Below the pieces are notes generated by a model. The model ran no database searches and had not been told where the DNA came from. It saw nothing but the letters and a program-made list of their open reading frames with translations. A DNA stretch of 32,562 nt from NCBI GenBank assembly GCA_018695965.1, contig JABHQB010000049.1, positions 1 to 32,562 on the forward strand, given 5' to 3'. Position 1 is the stretch's first letter. Each line of letters opens with the position of its first letter. The stretch is from Flavobacteriales bacterium. GTDB taxonomy: Bacteria; Bacteroidota; Bacteroidia; Flavobacteriales; BACL11. Made by a program: the position numbers and the translations under genes. This document shows positions 19,651-29,878 of this stretch, one piece after another.

Positions 19651-20750
19651 TACTTCACTAATTCTAATGATAAATCTGCTATCCTATCCGCTGCATCTTT
19701 TACCTCTAATTTTTTTATATTTCTACTTAATTCCTCCTGTAAATCCTTATTTTCAGAAAGAGATTTTATCTTCTCTACAAGTTTAAGCCTAGATTCCACA
19801 TCTTTTACCATGAGTGCAGAATTCTTATTAACTAACGATTGTGCATTTTGTGTTTGGTGATCCTCTGCAACATTTGGAGATGGCACTAAAATAACTGGTT
19901 TTCCTATAAAACATAGTTCCGAAATTGCTATAGCGCCAGCTCTTGATACTATAATATCTGCAGCTGCATACGCTAAATCCATCTGCTTTATAAACTTATA
20001 AGACTGAATACCACTTACGTTTATATTTTTTACAGATTCTTTAGATTGATTCTCATATGAAACTCCAGTCTGCCAAATCAGATTAAGTTTGTTTTTCTTA
20101 AACTCCCCCAAATTATTATTTATTGATTCATTAATCGTTTTTGCTCCCAAACTTCCGCCAACTACAAGTACGGTAATTCTTCGATTATGGAGTTTGAAAA
20201 AATTCTTTCCTTCTTCTCTTTTATTTGAAGAATTTAATATCTCTTTTCTAATTGGATTTCCAGTAAAAATCAATTTTTCTTTTGGGAAAAACCGTTCCAT
20301 ATTATCATACGCTACACAAATCTTTTGCACACTTTTTGCAAGTAATTTGTTTGTAATCCCCGGATAAGAGTTTTGCTCCTGTATGACAGAAGGGATTCCT
20401 TTTCTACTAGCCTCATACAACAGAGGCCCTGAAGCAAAACCACCTGTCCCAATCACTAAATCTGGTTGAAATCTTCTTATTATCTTTCTTGATTTTATCA
20501 AGCTACTTATTAATTTAAAAGGAAATAATAGATTCTTCCTACTAAAACTTCTCTGAAATCCTGAGATCCATAATCCTTCAATTTTATATCCGGAATCCGG
20601 AACTTTCTGCATTTCCATTCTATCTTTTGCTCCAACAAATAACAGTTCAATATCTTCTACTTTTCTTTCTAATGATTTTGCAATCGCAATTGCAGGAAAA
20701 ATATGACCTCCCGTTCCACCACCACTAACTATTACTTTAAGCTTTTTCAT
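19650..20750 (-). CDS. murG: Undecaprenyldiphospho-muramoylpentapeptide beta-N-acetylglucosaminyltransferase
   Basis: VIVSGGGTGGHIFPAIAIA N-terminal motif plus SRAGAIAISEL. Confidence 0.93.
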   Translation of the reverse strand: MKKLKVIVSGGGTGGHIFPAIAIAKSLERKVEDIELLFVGAKDRMEMQKVPDSGYKIEGLWISGFQRSFSRKNLLFPFKLISSLIKSRKIIRRFQPDLVIGTGGFASGPLLYEASRKGIPSVIQEQNSYPGITNKLLAKSVQKICVAYDNMERFFPKEKLIFTGNPIRKEILNSSNKREEGKNFFKLHNRRITVLVVGGSLGAKTINESINNNLGEFKKNKLNLIWQTGVSYENQSKESVKNINVSGIQSYKFIKQMDLAYAAADIIVSRAGAIAISELCFIGKPVILVPSPNVAEDHQTQNAQSLVNKNSALMVKDVESRLKLVEKIKSLSENKDLQEELSRNIKKLEVKDAADRIADLSLELVK

Positions 20751-21873
20751 AATCTCTATATTCAGTGTTTTTACTTATACTTAATATTATACCAATAGCA
20801 ATACATGTGAAAATTATAGAAGTTCCTCCTTTGCTTATTAAAGGTAATGTTTGTCCTGTAACAGGAATTAATCCCACATTTACCGCCATATTTACTGCTG
20901 CCTGTAATATAAAAGCAAACGACAAGGATGCAATTGTAAGTGATCCAAAAACACTTGATGTTCTTCTAGAAATAACTATCGATCTGTAAAAAAATAATAA
21001 ATATAGAAACATAGGAAGTAAGCCTCCAAAAATAATACCATATTGTTCAATAGTAAGGACATAAACAAAATCTGATTCACCAGCATATACAAAATGTTGT
21101 TGCACTCCCTTTCCTGGTCCTTCTCCGAATAATCCTCCATTTTTTATTGCAATCTTCGCTTCATTTTGCTGACGATTTTCATCTTTAAGATGATTTTCTG
21201 AATTAATAGATAAAAAAGCATCAATTCTACTCACCCAAGTAACAGAACGCGTAAATGATTTCTGAAATGATGGAATATATTTTCCTCCTAAATAAGTAAT
21301 CCCAACGATACATAATCCTACACCTACAATAGATAGTAAAAATTTATAATGAATTTTTGCGAAAATCATCAGAAAAAAACCATTTAAAAAAACTAAAGCA
21401 GAAGTAGAAAAATTAGATGGATATATTAATAAACATATAAGAACTAGAGGTCCAAACAAATACCAAATAAACCCTTTCCAATCATGTAAATAATCTCTGT
21501 ATTTACTTATCTGTCTGCACATCAAAACTAATATGGAAATTTTTGCTAAGTCTGAAGGTTGAAAAGACAGTCCCGCTAAAAAAATCCATCTTTTTGCTCC
21601 ATTTATTTCGATACCAATAAGAAGAACTACAATTAATAAAACAACACTCATTAGAACAGCAACAACACTCAATTTTGAGAAATACTTAAACTTAAGTTTA
21701 TGTACCATATACATACTTACAAGACCAATAAATATATTTCGAACATGTGAAGTAGTTGCAGACAAGCCTTCAACACTATACACAACTAAAACAGATATAG
21801 TAAGTAATGAGAATACAATGGTCCATATTGTTTTATCTCCTTCTAGTTTTATGAATTGAGAAAGGTTTGACAT
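20737..21873 (-). CDS. ftsW: SEDS-family peptidoglycan glycosyltransferase / cell division protein FtsW
   Basis: Polytopic membrane protein with a C-terminal GLIPVTGQTLPLISKGGTS motif. I chose the start at MSNLSQFIK (cat at 21871-21873). The longer ORF-track start would overlap murD by about 100 nt. Confidence 0.88.
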   Translation of the reverse strand: MSNLSQFIKLEGDKTIWTIVFSLLTISVLVVYSVEGLSATTSHVRNIFIGLVSMYMVHKLKFKYFSKLSVVAVLMSVVLLIVVLLIGIEINGAKRWIFLAGLSFQPSDLAKISILVLMCRQISKYRDYLHDWKGFIWYLFGPLVLICLLIYPSNFSTSALVFLNGFFLMIFAKIHYKFLLSIVGVGLCIVGITYLGGKYIPSFQKSFTRSVTWVSRIDAFLSINSENHLKDENRQQNEAKIAIKNGGLFGEGPGKGVQQHFVYAGESDFVYVLTIEQYGIIFGGLLPMFLYLLFFYRSIVISRRTSSVFGSLTIASLSFAFILQAAVNMAVNVGLIPVTGQTLPLISKGGTSIIFTCIAIGIILSISKNTEYRDYEKA

Positions 21874-21877
21874 AATC

Positions 21878-23194
21878 TTATAAACTTCTGACAGATTTTT
21901 TAAATTCTGTTCCTCTATGCTCGAAATTACTGAACATATCAAAACTTGCACATGCAGGAGAAAGTAAAACAACATCTCCTTTTTCTGCTAACTGATATGA
22001 AAATCCAACCGCTTCATTCATACTGTTTGCATTTACAATATTATCTACATGAGATTTAAAATATTTATGAATATTATCTGTATTCTGACCAATACACACA
22101 ATGGCTTTTACTTTCTCATCTACCAATTCCAGCAGTTCAGAGTAATCATTTCCTTTATCTATACCTCCTACAATCCAAATTGTGTCTTTATGCATACTTT
22201 CTAATGCAAACCAAACCGAATTTATATTTGTAGCTTTTGAATCATTAATAAATTCGATACCATGAACATTAATAACATGTTCTAATCTATGGTCTATATT
22301 TTTAAAATCTTGCAAGCTTTGGCGGATAATAAAATCTTTCACCTCTAAAACTCTAGAAGCAACAGCTGCAGCCATTGAATTATAAACATTATGTTTACCT
22401 TGTAAAGCTAAATCTTGAATTGTCATTTCGTTATTATTTAAATTAATATTTATTTTATTGTTTTTATAAAAAGCTCCTTCATTTTCAAATTCTTTATTTA
22501 AACTAAATGGAATCATTTTTGTTTTTGTATTACTCTTTTCTCTGATGTTTTTATCATCATAATTATAAATAAATACATCGTTCTCATTTTGATTATTTGT
22601 AATCCTTAATTTTGATTTTATATAATTTTCAAAACGATTCTCATACCTGTCTAAATGATCTGGAGTGATATTCAACAGTATTGCGATATCTGCTTTAAAA
22701 TCTTTTATTCCATCAAGCTGAAAACTACTTAACTCCAAAACAATGTAGTCGTAATCTCTTTCAGAAATTGATTTTGAAAAACCAGTCCCAATATTTCCAG
22801 CCACCAACACATCATATCCAGCCTTTTCCAAAATATGACCAACCAAAAGTGTTGTTGTTGTTTTTCCGTTACTTCCGGTAATTGCTACAATCTTTGCATT
22901 AGTAAATCTATATGCAAATTCTACTTCTGAAATAACAGAAATTCCTTTCTCCTTAATCCTTTTTATCACATCAACTGAATCAGGAATGCCAGGACTTTTT
23001 ACTACCTCTGAGGCAGTCATAATTTCCTCAATAGAATGTGTGCCTTCCTCCCATTTTATATCATTATTTGTAAGAACTTCTTTCTCTGAAATGATACTTT
23101 TATCAGACACAAAAACATCATAACCATTTTTCTTTGCCAGTAGAGCTGCTCCAATTCCACTAATTCCTCCTCCCAGAATTACTAACTTTTTCAT
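21878..23194 (-). CDS. murD: UDP-N-acetylmuramoylalanine--D-glutamate ligase
   Basis: [17 protein letters not shown] Rossmann N-terminus and the ITGSNGKTTT P-loop. The start at 23194 shares one base with the mraY stop (TAATG). Confidence 0.92.
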   Translation of the reverse strand: MKKLVILGGGISGIGAALLAKKNGYDVFVSDKSIISEKEVLTNNDIKWEEGTHSIEEIMTASEVVKSPGIPDSVDVIKRIKEKGISVISEVEFAYRFTNAKIVAITGSNGKTTTTLLVGHILEKAGYDVLVAGNIGTGFSKSISERDYDYIVLELSSFQLDGIKDFKADIAILLNITPDHLDRYENRFENYIKSKLRITNNQNENDVFIYNYDDKNIREKSNTKTKMIPFSLNKEFENEGAFYKNNKININLNNNEMTIQDLALQGKHNVYNSMAAAVASRVLEVKDFIIRQSLQDFKNIDHRLEHVINVHGIEFINDSKATNINSVWFALESMHKDTIWIVGGIDKGNDYSELLELVDEKVKAIVCIGQNTDNIHKYFKSHVDNIVNANSMNEAVGFSYQLAEKGDVVLLSPACASFDMFSNFEHRGTEFKKSVRSL

Positions 23195-24504
23195 TATCTT
23201 AATTTCAGAGTTACAATTGTTAGTACTGCCAACATAATTCCTATAATCCAAAATCTTGTGACAATTTTACTTTCATGATATCCTAATTTCTGATAATGAT
23301 GATGAAGTGGTGACATCTTAAAAATTCTCCTTCCTTCTCCATATTTCTTCTTTGTATATTTAAACCAACCTACTTGTAATACAACCGATAAATTTTCTAT
23401 AAGAAATACCCCACAGAGGATTGGAATAAGTAATTCTTTCCTGATAAGTATTGCAACAACTGCAATGATTCCACCTAGAGATAAACTTCCTGTATCTCCC
23501 ATAAAAACTTGTGCTGGAAAAGAATTGTACCATAGGAAACCAACACATGCTCCAACAAATGCAGACATGAAAATTACAATTTCACCAACATTTGGAATAT
23601 ACATTATATTCAAATAATCGGCTGCCAGAATATTACCTGAGACATAAGCAAAAATCGCAAGTGTAGCACCAATAATTGCAGAAGTTCCGGTAGCTAATCC
23701 ATCTAATCCATCAGTAAGATTTGCTCCGTTTGATACAGCTGTTACAATAAAAATAACAACTACAATAAATAGTAACCACCAATATTTTTCAGCAGAATCT
23801 GAAATCCAAGAAGTTAGTGTTTTATAGTCAAACTCATTGTCTTTGAAAAACGGAATAGTTGTTTTTGATGATTTTCTTGATTCAGTCTCAAATCCATATT
23901 CATCAGCAAACCCTATCAAAGAAAAGAGATTTTTATCTGAACTATCTGGTATAATCCTGCCTGAACCAGTATATGTTCCATCTTGTAATTCCACCCAAGG
24001 AATATCCCACGGTCCATCAATCTTTTCTTTTATAGTAATATCAGGATTAAAAACCATAATAAGACCAACAATAATACCAAGTCCAACCTGTCCCATAATC
24101 TTAAACTTTCCTGCCAATCCTTCCTTGTCTTTTTTGTATACTTTTATATAATCATCTAGAAAACCAATTGACCCTAACCATATAGTAGAAACTAAAAGAA
24201 TTATTACATAAATATTATTCAATTGAGCAAATAATAAAGTAGGTATAATAATTGCTGAAAGAATAATAAGTCCTCCCATTGTCGGAGTTCCTCTTTTGTC
24301 TTCCTCCCCAGTTAATCCTAATTCTCTTACCTGCTCTCCTATCTGTTTATTCCTAATCAGATTTATTATTCTTCCTCCAAAAAGTAAGGATACTATTAGA
24401 GATGTAATTAAAGCCATTGCGGCGCGGAAAGAAATATATTGAAACACTCCTGATCCTGGCAAATTGTAGGTTTCATTCAAATATTCAAATAAATTATATA
24501 ACAT
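23194..24504 (-). CDS. mraY: Phospho-N-acetylmuramoyl-pentapeptide transferase
   Basis: [27 protein letters not shown] and SPLHHHY(Q) motifs. Confidence 0.95.
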   Translation of the reverse strand: MLYNLFEYLNETYNLPGSGVFQYISFRAAMALITSLIVSLLFGGRIINLIRNKQIGEQVRELGLTGEEDKRGTPTMGGLIILSAIIIPTLLFAQLNNIYVIILLVSTIWLGSIGFLDDYIKVYKKDKEGLAGKFKIMGQVGLGIIVGLIMVFNPDITIKEKIDGPWDIPWVELQDGTYTGSGRIIPDSSDKNLFSLIGFADEYGFETESRKSSKTTIPFFKDNEFDYKTLTSWISDSAEKYWWLLFIVVVIFIVTAVSNGANLTDGLDGLATGTSAIIGATLAIFAYVSGNILAADYLNIMYIPNVGEIVIFMSAFVGACVGFLWYNSFPAQVFMGDTGSLSLGGIIAVVAILIRKELLIPILCGVFLIENLSVVLQVGWFKYTKKKYGEGRRIFKMSPLHHHYQKLGYHESKIVTRFWIIGIMLAVLTIVTLKLR

Positions 24505-24505
24505 G

Positions 24506-25969
24506 TTATTGGTTTATGTTTAATGATTCAACTAGTTCTTCCACATCATCAAAATAATGTTTCACTCCTTCTATTTCCTGATATTTTTCATGTCCCTTTC
24601 CTGCTAGAAGCACAATATCTCCCTCACTAGCAAGAGTACAAGCAGTTTTTATTGCTTGACTTCTATCGGTTATTACAAGTACTTTTTTCTTTTGAACAGT
24701 ATCTAATTTTACTGTCATATCAGAAATAATATCTTCTATCTTTTCTGTTCGCGGGTTATCTGCAGTAATAATTACCTGATCGGACATATTGCAAGCAATA
24801 GCAGTCATCTTTGGTCTTTTTTCTGCATCTCTATCTCCTCCACAACCAAAAACTACAATTAGCTTTTCGGTATTTGTCCGTATACTGTTAATTGTAGAAA
24901 GTACATTTTCATAAGCATCAGGAGTATGCATATAATCTACAATTCCTGTAATATTTTCAGAATTTCGAATAGTATGAAATCTTCCCTCAGCAGGATTTAA
25001 AATACTAATTCTTTCTAGTACCCGATCTTTATCTAGTCCTAGTTCAACAGATGTAGAATAGATTGCTAGTAAATTATAGGCATTAAATTCTCCTATTATT
25101 TTTACCCAAATTTCATGATTCTGAATATTCAGAAGCATTCCATCGAGCCTGCTTTCTAACACTTTACATTTATAGTCCGCCATACTTTTTAGGCTATATG
25201 TAATCTTTCTAGCTTTTGTGTTAGAAATCATAACATTCCCATTCTTATCATCTTTATTTGTAAGAGCAAAAGCAGAAGTCTTCAAATTGTTAAAGAATCT
25301 CTTCTTTACAGAAATGTATTCTTTGAAATCTTTATGGTAATCTATATGTTCGTGTGTAATGTTAGTGAAAATACCTCCCTCAAAAACAAGAGATGAAACT
25401 CTATTTTGATGAATCGCATGAGAACTAACCTCCATAAAACAATATTCGCAACCCGCTAAGACCATTTCTGATAATAGTTTATTGATTTGCAGACTATCTC
25501 CTGTTGTATGGGTGCTTTCTACAGATCTTGTTCCAATCTTATTCTCAATTGTAGAAAGCATTCCTGTCGGATATCCTAATTCAGAGAAAAGCTGATGTAA
25601 TAAAGTTACAATAGTAGTTTTCCCATTTGTTCCTGTAACTCCAACTAGCTTTATTTTAGATGATGGATTATCATAATAATTTGATGATACAACTGACATT
25701 GAGGAAGAGGAACAATCTACCTGAACATAACAAATCTCTTTATTTATCTTTTCAGGAATTTCTTCTACAATAACAGATTTTGCTCCATCTGCAACAGATA
25801 AATCAATAAAAGAATGACCATCAACATTAACTCCTTTTATTGCAATAAATAAATCTGAATCAGAAACTTTTCTGGAATCAAATTCTACTTTGTTTACCAT
25901 TACAGATGTAATATCACCTACAACAGATTTTATGGAAACTCCAAATAATAGATCACTCAACTTTATCAT
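24506..25969 (-). CDS. murE: UDP-N-acetylmuramoyl-tripeptide synthetase (meso-DAP- or L-Lys-adding)
   Basis: [10 protein letters not shown]-loop, and the Mur ligase middle and C-terminal blocks (GCGGDRD, DNPR). Confidence 0.92.
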   Translation of the reverse strand: MIKLSDLLFGVSIKSVVGDITSVMVNKVEFDSRKVSDSDLFIAIKGVNVDGHSFIDLSVADGAKSVIVEEIPEKINKEICYVQVDCSSSSMSVVSSNYYDNPSSKIKLVGVTGTNGKTTIVTLLHQLFSELGYPTGMLSTIENKIGTRSVESTHTTGDSLQINKLLSEMVLAGCEYCFMEVSSHAIHQNRVSSLVFEGGIFTNITHEHIDYHKDFKEYISVKKRFFNNLKTSAFALTNKDDKNGNVMISNTKARKITYSLKSMADYKCKVLESRLDGMLLNIQNHEIWVKIIGEFNAYNLLAIYSTSVELGLDKDRVLERISILNPAEGRFHTIRNSENITGIVDYMHTPDAYENVLSTINSIRTNTEKLIVVFGCGGDRDAEKRPKMTAIACNMSDQVIITADNPRTEKIEDIISDMTVKLDTVQKKKVLVITDRSQAIKTACTLASEGDIVLLAGKGHEKYQEIEGVKHYFDDVEELVESLNINQ

Positions 25970-28038
25970 GATAACCTTATTTTTATTACTTCCTGATTAT
26001 CAATTCTATCTCCCTTATTTACAGATTGAAATATGACCTTTCCAGCTCCTTCAAATTCTATTTTTAAATTATAGTTTTCAAAAACAGGAATTACATCTCT
26101 CAACTGCATACCTTTCAGATTTGGCATAATTCCTTTATTTAAATCTGATTTAATTAAAGTACTTGTATTTTGATTTAACTTAATAGAATTTTCAAGTCTT
26201 TCTGAAGTTACTCTGTCAATTTTTTCATCTGAAATATATGATTGTGTAGAAAGATATTCTAACTCAGAATCAAAAGCAAAAACTTTATCAGAAATTTCTC
26301 TAAAAACAGGAGCTGCTACCTGACCACCATAGTGATTCTCGTTAGTTGTATCAATAAATTCATGTATAACTACAATACATGAATATTTTGGTTTCTCCAC
26401 AGGGAAGAAACCTGCAAAAGATGCAGTATAAGTTCTATTATATTTAGTTTTTTCACTCCATTTCCAAAACTCATTTTTGATAGTACCTGTTTTACCTGCG
26501 ATTGAATATTGCTCAGTATAAATATTCTTAGCAGTTCCATTAATAACATCTGTTGTCCAATTTTCTCTTTGATTACTTACAACTTGTTCCATGTATGGGA
26601 TAATAGATTGTATTGTTCTTTCTGAACAAATCTTATTTGAAAGAACTGTTGTTGGAAAGGATTCGATAATACCTGTTTTATCTTTGATAGCTGTAACGAA
26701 TCTTGGAGATACCATTTTACCATTGTTTGCAATTGCATTATAAAATGTAAGAATCTGGATTGGAGATATATGCATTTCGTAACCGTATGACATTGATGGC
26801 AATGTAGTCCCTGACCAAAGTTTATCTCCAGGTTTTCTTACAATCATTGAAGATCTAAATGGTAGTTGTAATTCTAATGGTTCTGTAAGATAATATTTCT
26901 GAAGATTTGAATAAAATTTATAAGGTTGATCTTTATAATTCTCATTTATCACCTTTGAGATAGCAACATTTGAAGAAACTACAAAAGCATCTCCAAAAGC
27001 AAGCTTTCCGTAACCTCCATCTTTTGTGTCTGATATAGTGCTTCCATAAAAATTAATTTTACCATCATCTGTATCGACAGTGTCTGATAATTTTAAATAA
27101 CTATCATCTAGAATTGAGATGAAGGAAGCTAATTTAAATGTTGACCCTGGAACAATTGCTGAAACAATTGCATGATTCTTAGAATCATAATATAAATTAT
27201 CTTTTCCTCTATGAAGATTAGCTATTGCTTTAATATCTCCCGTTTCCACTTCCATCAAAATTACACATCCCCACTCAGCATGAGTTTCTTTTAATTTCTT
27301 CTTTAGAGCAACTTCTGCAGCGTCCTGGAATTCGATATTTATTGTTGTTATGACATCTTTCCCTGGTTGAGGTAAAACATTATAATCTGATTTTTTTGGC
27401 ACCAATACTTTTCCTGAAATTTCTTGAGTTAATTGTTTCCCTGGAATGCCTTGTAAATATTGATTAAAAGCAAATTCAATCCCATTTTTTGGAATAATAG
27501 AATCATCTTCTATATAAACTCTTCCAATTGTTACTTTTGCTAAAGATCCAAATGGATAAATTCTTGCACTTTTTATTTCAGGGATGAAACCTCCTTTATT
27601 TTTACCCTGATTAAAAATTGGAAATGTTTTCATTTTGTGCAATTGCATATAAGAAACATCTCTTTTTAGCAGAAAATATCTTTCATCTTTATTATCTAGG
27701 AGATCTTTTTCATACTTTGACGCACTCCGATCTTTAAATAATTGATGTAGTTGTTTAGACAGATTCTCTATCTCCTTCTCAAAAAGAACACTGTCTATAG
27801 TAACTAAATCTAGTCTAACATCATAAACAGGCATGTAAACTGACAATATTCTCCCATCTTCAGAGAGAATACTTCCTCTTTTTGCATCAAGTATTTCAAA
27901 TTTCGGGTCATGTGTATATGTAATTGATGTATCAGAATATTGAACTGAAAATAACTTAAAACTAATAAATGAGAAAAGAATAAGTACCAAAATAAATGTA
28001 ATAATCAAACTCCACTTTTTATTTGATTTAGTCTTCAT
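25966..28038 (-). CDS. ftsI: Class B penicillin-binding protein (division transpeptidase FtsI/PBP3) with a C-terminal PASTA-like domain
   Basis: An N-terminal TM helix with STFK, SSN and KTGT transpeptidase motifs. The C-terminal MPNLKGMQLRDV...VIFQSVNKG segment looks like a PASTA domain. Confidence 0.9.
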   Translation of the reverse strand: MKTKSNKKWSLIITFILVLILFSFISFKLFSVQYSDTSITYTHDPKFEILDAKRGSILSEDGRILSVYMPVYDVRLDLVTIDSVLFEKEIENLSKQLHQLFKDRSASKYEKDLLDNKDERYFLLKRDVSYMQLHKMKTFPIFNQGKNKGGFIPEIKSARIYPFGSLAKVTIGRVYIEDDSIIPKNGIEFAFNQYLQGIPGKQLTQEISGKVLVPKKSDYNVLPQPGKDVITTINIEFQDAAEVALKKKLKETHAEWGCVILMEVETGDIKAIANLHRGKDNLYYDSKNHAIVSAIVPGSTFKLASFISILDDSYLKLSDTVDTDDGKINFYGSTISDTKDGGYGKLAFGDAFVVSSNVAISKVINENYKDQPYKFYSNLQKYYLTEPLELQLPFRSSMIVRKPGDKLWSGTTLPSMSYGYEMHISPIQILTFYNAIANNGKMVSPRFVTAIKDKTGIIESFPTTVLSNKICSERTIQSIIPYMEQVVSNQRENWTTDVINGTAKNIYTEQYSIAGKTGTIKNEFWKWSEKTKYNRTYTASFAGFFPVEKPKYSCIVVIHEFIDTTNENHYGGQVAAPVFREISDKVFAFDSELEYLSTQSYISDEKIDRVTSERLENSIKLNQNTSTLIKSDLNKGIMPNLKGMQLRDVIPVFENYNLKIEFEGAGKVIFQSVNKGDRIDNQEVIKIRLS

Positions 28039-28343
28039 TATCTCTCAATTATTAATGGTAATTTATCTGAATCTATTAGTTCAGAATCTTTTAATTTCGC
28101 CTTAATAACTGAACGCTTATACAATCCCATCATTTTAATTGTTAATGACCTTGATTTCATTTGTAAATCAAATATCTTTTTTTCCGATTCTCTGATTAAT
28201 ATTATTGTCTTCTCACTCTTCAATGAAATTCCAATCTGAATAATCATCAGAAGAACTACAAATAGAATAAATGTAACATTATTTGAAATCCCTCCTTTCT
28301 CAAAGAAGTTAACTTTTAATGTTTTCTTTCTTCTTTTTAACAT
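28038..28343 (-). CDS. ftsL: FtsL-like small bitopic division protein
   Basis: 101 aa with a single TM helix (VTFILFVVLLMIIQIGI) followed by a coiled-coil-like region. The call rests on its conserved position between rsmH and ftsI, not on sequence similarity. Confidence 0.55.
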   Translation of the reverse strand: MLKRRKKTLKVNFFEKGGISNNVTFILFVVLLMIIQIGISLKSEKTIILIRESEKKIFDLQMKSRSLTIKMMGLYKRSVIKAKLKDSELIDSDKLPLIIER

Positions 28344-29239
28344 TCTACTTTTTCCGCTATCCTTAATTTCGAGCTTCTCGATCTGTTATTTTCCTTTTGT
28401 TCTTTCTCAGAAGCCACAATAACTTTTCTATTTACTTCCCTCATTTCTTTCAAAATATTCCCGAAGAAATCTTTTTTTATTTCTCCTGAAAGATTTCCTC
28501 TCTTAAAGATGTTTTTTACTAATCTGTCTTCTAATGAATGATAAGATAATACCACAAAGCGGCCTCCAACATTTAACAAACCAACACCGTCAATCAACAT
28601 TTGTTTTAAGGATTCAATCTCCTGGTTCACCTCAATTCTGATAGACTGAAATACTTGCGATAAAAATTGATTCTTTTTTTTCTCAGGAACCACTCCATCT
28701 AATATTTCTAATAAATCTGTTGTGGTTACTATTTCTTTTTTTTCTCTAGCTAATACAATTAATTCAGCGACTTTTCTTGATATTCTGATCTCACCGTATT
28801 TAAAAAATAGATTCACCAAATCTTCTTCAGAATATTCATTTACTACCTTTCTGGCAGATAGTGATGCAGATGTGTTCATTCTCATGTCTAATTCTGCTTC
28901 AAAACGAAATGAAAAGCCTCTTTCAGCTACATCAAACTGATGTGAAGAAACTCCTAAATCTGCCAATATTCCATCTATTTTTGTAATGCCCTCCAATCTT
29001 AAAAATCTCTTAATGTTTTTATAATTTGTTTGTATCAACTTAAATTTTTTATCATTTGGAATATTCTCCAAAACATCATCATCTCTATCAAAAGCGAATA
29101 GTTTTCCGTCTACAAGATGTTTTAGAATCTCTCTGGAATGACCACCTCCTCCAAAGGTTACATCCACATAAATTCCATTTGGTTTAATATTTAAACCTTC
29201 AATACATTCTGTTAATAATACTGCTTTATGATATGTCAT
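28337..29239 (-). CDS. rsmH: 16S rRNA (cytosine1402-N4)-methyltransferase RsmH (MraW)
   Basis: HKAVLLTECIEGLNIKPNGIYVDVTFGGGGHS, DLGVSSHQ(F)D, and SYHSLEDR(L)VK motifs. Confidence 0.95.
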   Translation of the reverse strand: MTYHKAVLLTECIEGLNIKPNGIYVDVTFGGGGHSREILKHLVDGKLFAFDRDDDVLENIPNDKKFKLIQTNYKNIKRFLRLEGITKIDGILADLGVSSHQFDVAERGFSFRFEAELDMRMNTSASLSARKVVNEYSEEDLVNLFFKYGEIRISRKVAELIVLAREKKEIVTTTDLLEILDGVVPEKKKNQFLSQVFQSIRIEVNQEIESLKQMLIDGVGLLNVGGRFVVLSYHSLEDRLVKNIFKRGNLSGEIKKDFFGNILKEMREVNRKVIVASEKEQKENNRSRSSKLRIAEKVEC

Positions 29240-29696
29240 CAGAATGAGATTGATTACCCATAACCTCTTCCGCTAACGAACCAAAGTTACCAAGTGATTC
29301 TTTTACTGTTTCTTCATACTGATTCTTATCCCAAATCTCAATCATATTTACTGAAGAAGCTAATACCAAATTTTTTGATATTCCAGCAAATGAAATAAGA
29401 TCTTTAGGAATAAGAATTCTACCTGTAGAATCTATCTCCAATATTTTTAGTCCAGACATGTACGAACGAATAAAATCATTGTTCTTTTTTACAAATCTGT
29501 TTAACTTATTTACCTGAGAAACCATTGATTCCCATTCTTTCATAGGATATAGCTCAAGGCAATTATTAAAAACACTTCTTTTCAAAACAAAACCTTCATT
29601 CACTACTGAATTAAGTTGTTTTTTTAATGATGATGGCATCATAAAACGACCTTTTGCATCCGTTTTACATTCATATGTCCCTATTAAATTCATCAT
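29226..29696 (-). CDS. mraZ: Transcriptional regulator MraZ
   Basis: Two SpoVT/AbrB-like repeats with DxxGR motifs (TDAKGRFMMP and DSTGRILIP). I chose the start at MMNLIGTYE (29696) to match the canonical MraZ N-terminus. The ORF-track start at 29744 would place the operator repeats inside the CDS. Confidence 0.9.
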   Translation of the reverse strand: MMNLIGTYECKTDAKGRFMMPSSLKKQLNSVVNEGFVLKRSVFNNCLELYPMKEWESMVSQVNKLNRFVKKNNDFIRSYMSGLKILEIDSTGRILIPKDLISFAGISKNLVLASSVNMIEIWDKNQYEETVKESLGNFGSLAEEVMGNQSHSDDIS

Positions 29697-29736
29697 TTTC
29701 TGATTTAGAATAATTTTTGGTAAAGATACAAAATTG

Positions 29737-29783
29737 CCCCACATTTTACCACATTATACCACTTTGTTGAAAACTTTTACCAC
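29737..29783 (-). promoter_or_regulatory. Putative MraZ operator: four direct GTGG(T/G) repeats upstream of mraZ
   Basis: The minus strand reads TTGTGGTAAAAGTTTTCAACAAAGTGGTATAATGTGGTAAAATGTGGGG. The CCAC cores on the + strand are at 29739-42, 29749-52 and 29759-62, exactly 10 bp apart, with a fourth at 29780-83, 21 bp further on. This matches the phased GTGG/TGGG repeats bound by MraZ in E. coli and Mollicutes. A near-consensus -7 box CAATTTTG (29729-29736) follows immediately. Confidence 0.65.
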
Positions 29784-29849
29784 AACAAGACATTCTCTAG
29801 ATTAAAAGAATGAACAAATAGTCTCTATTCAAATTCAAATAAATTTGTT

Positions 29850-29857
29850 TACTTTTG
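29850..29857 (+). promoter_or_regulatory. Bacteroidota-type -7 promoter box (TACTTTTG) for the hydrolase-engB unit
   Basis: Exact TAnnTTTG match ending 21 nt upstream of the ATG at 29879. The TTG start in the ORF track (29855) lies inside this box. Confidence 0.4.
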
Positions 29858-29878
29858 CAAGTATTAAAATCATACTTA

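Noticed and set aside
23360-24151. Small ORFs inside mraY (62 aa on the same strand in another frame, 104 aa antisense)
   Set aside because: They are nested in the MraY CDS, which has all its catalytic motifs intact. The alternative frames give low-complexity peptides.
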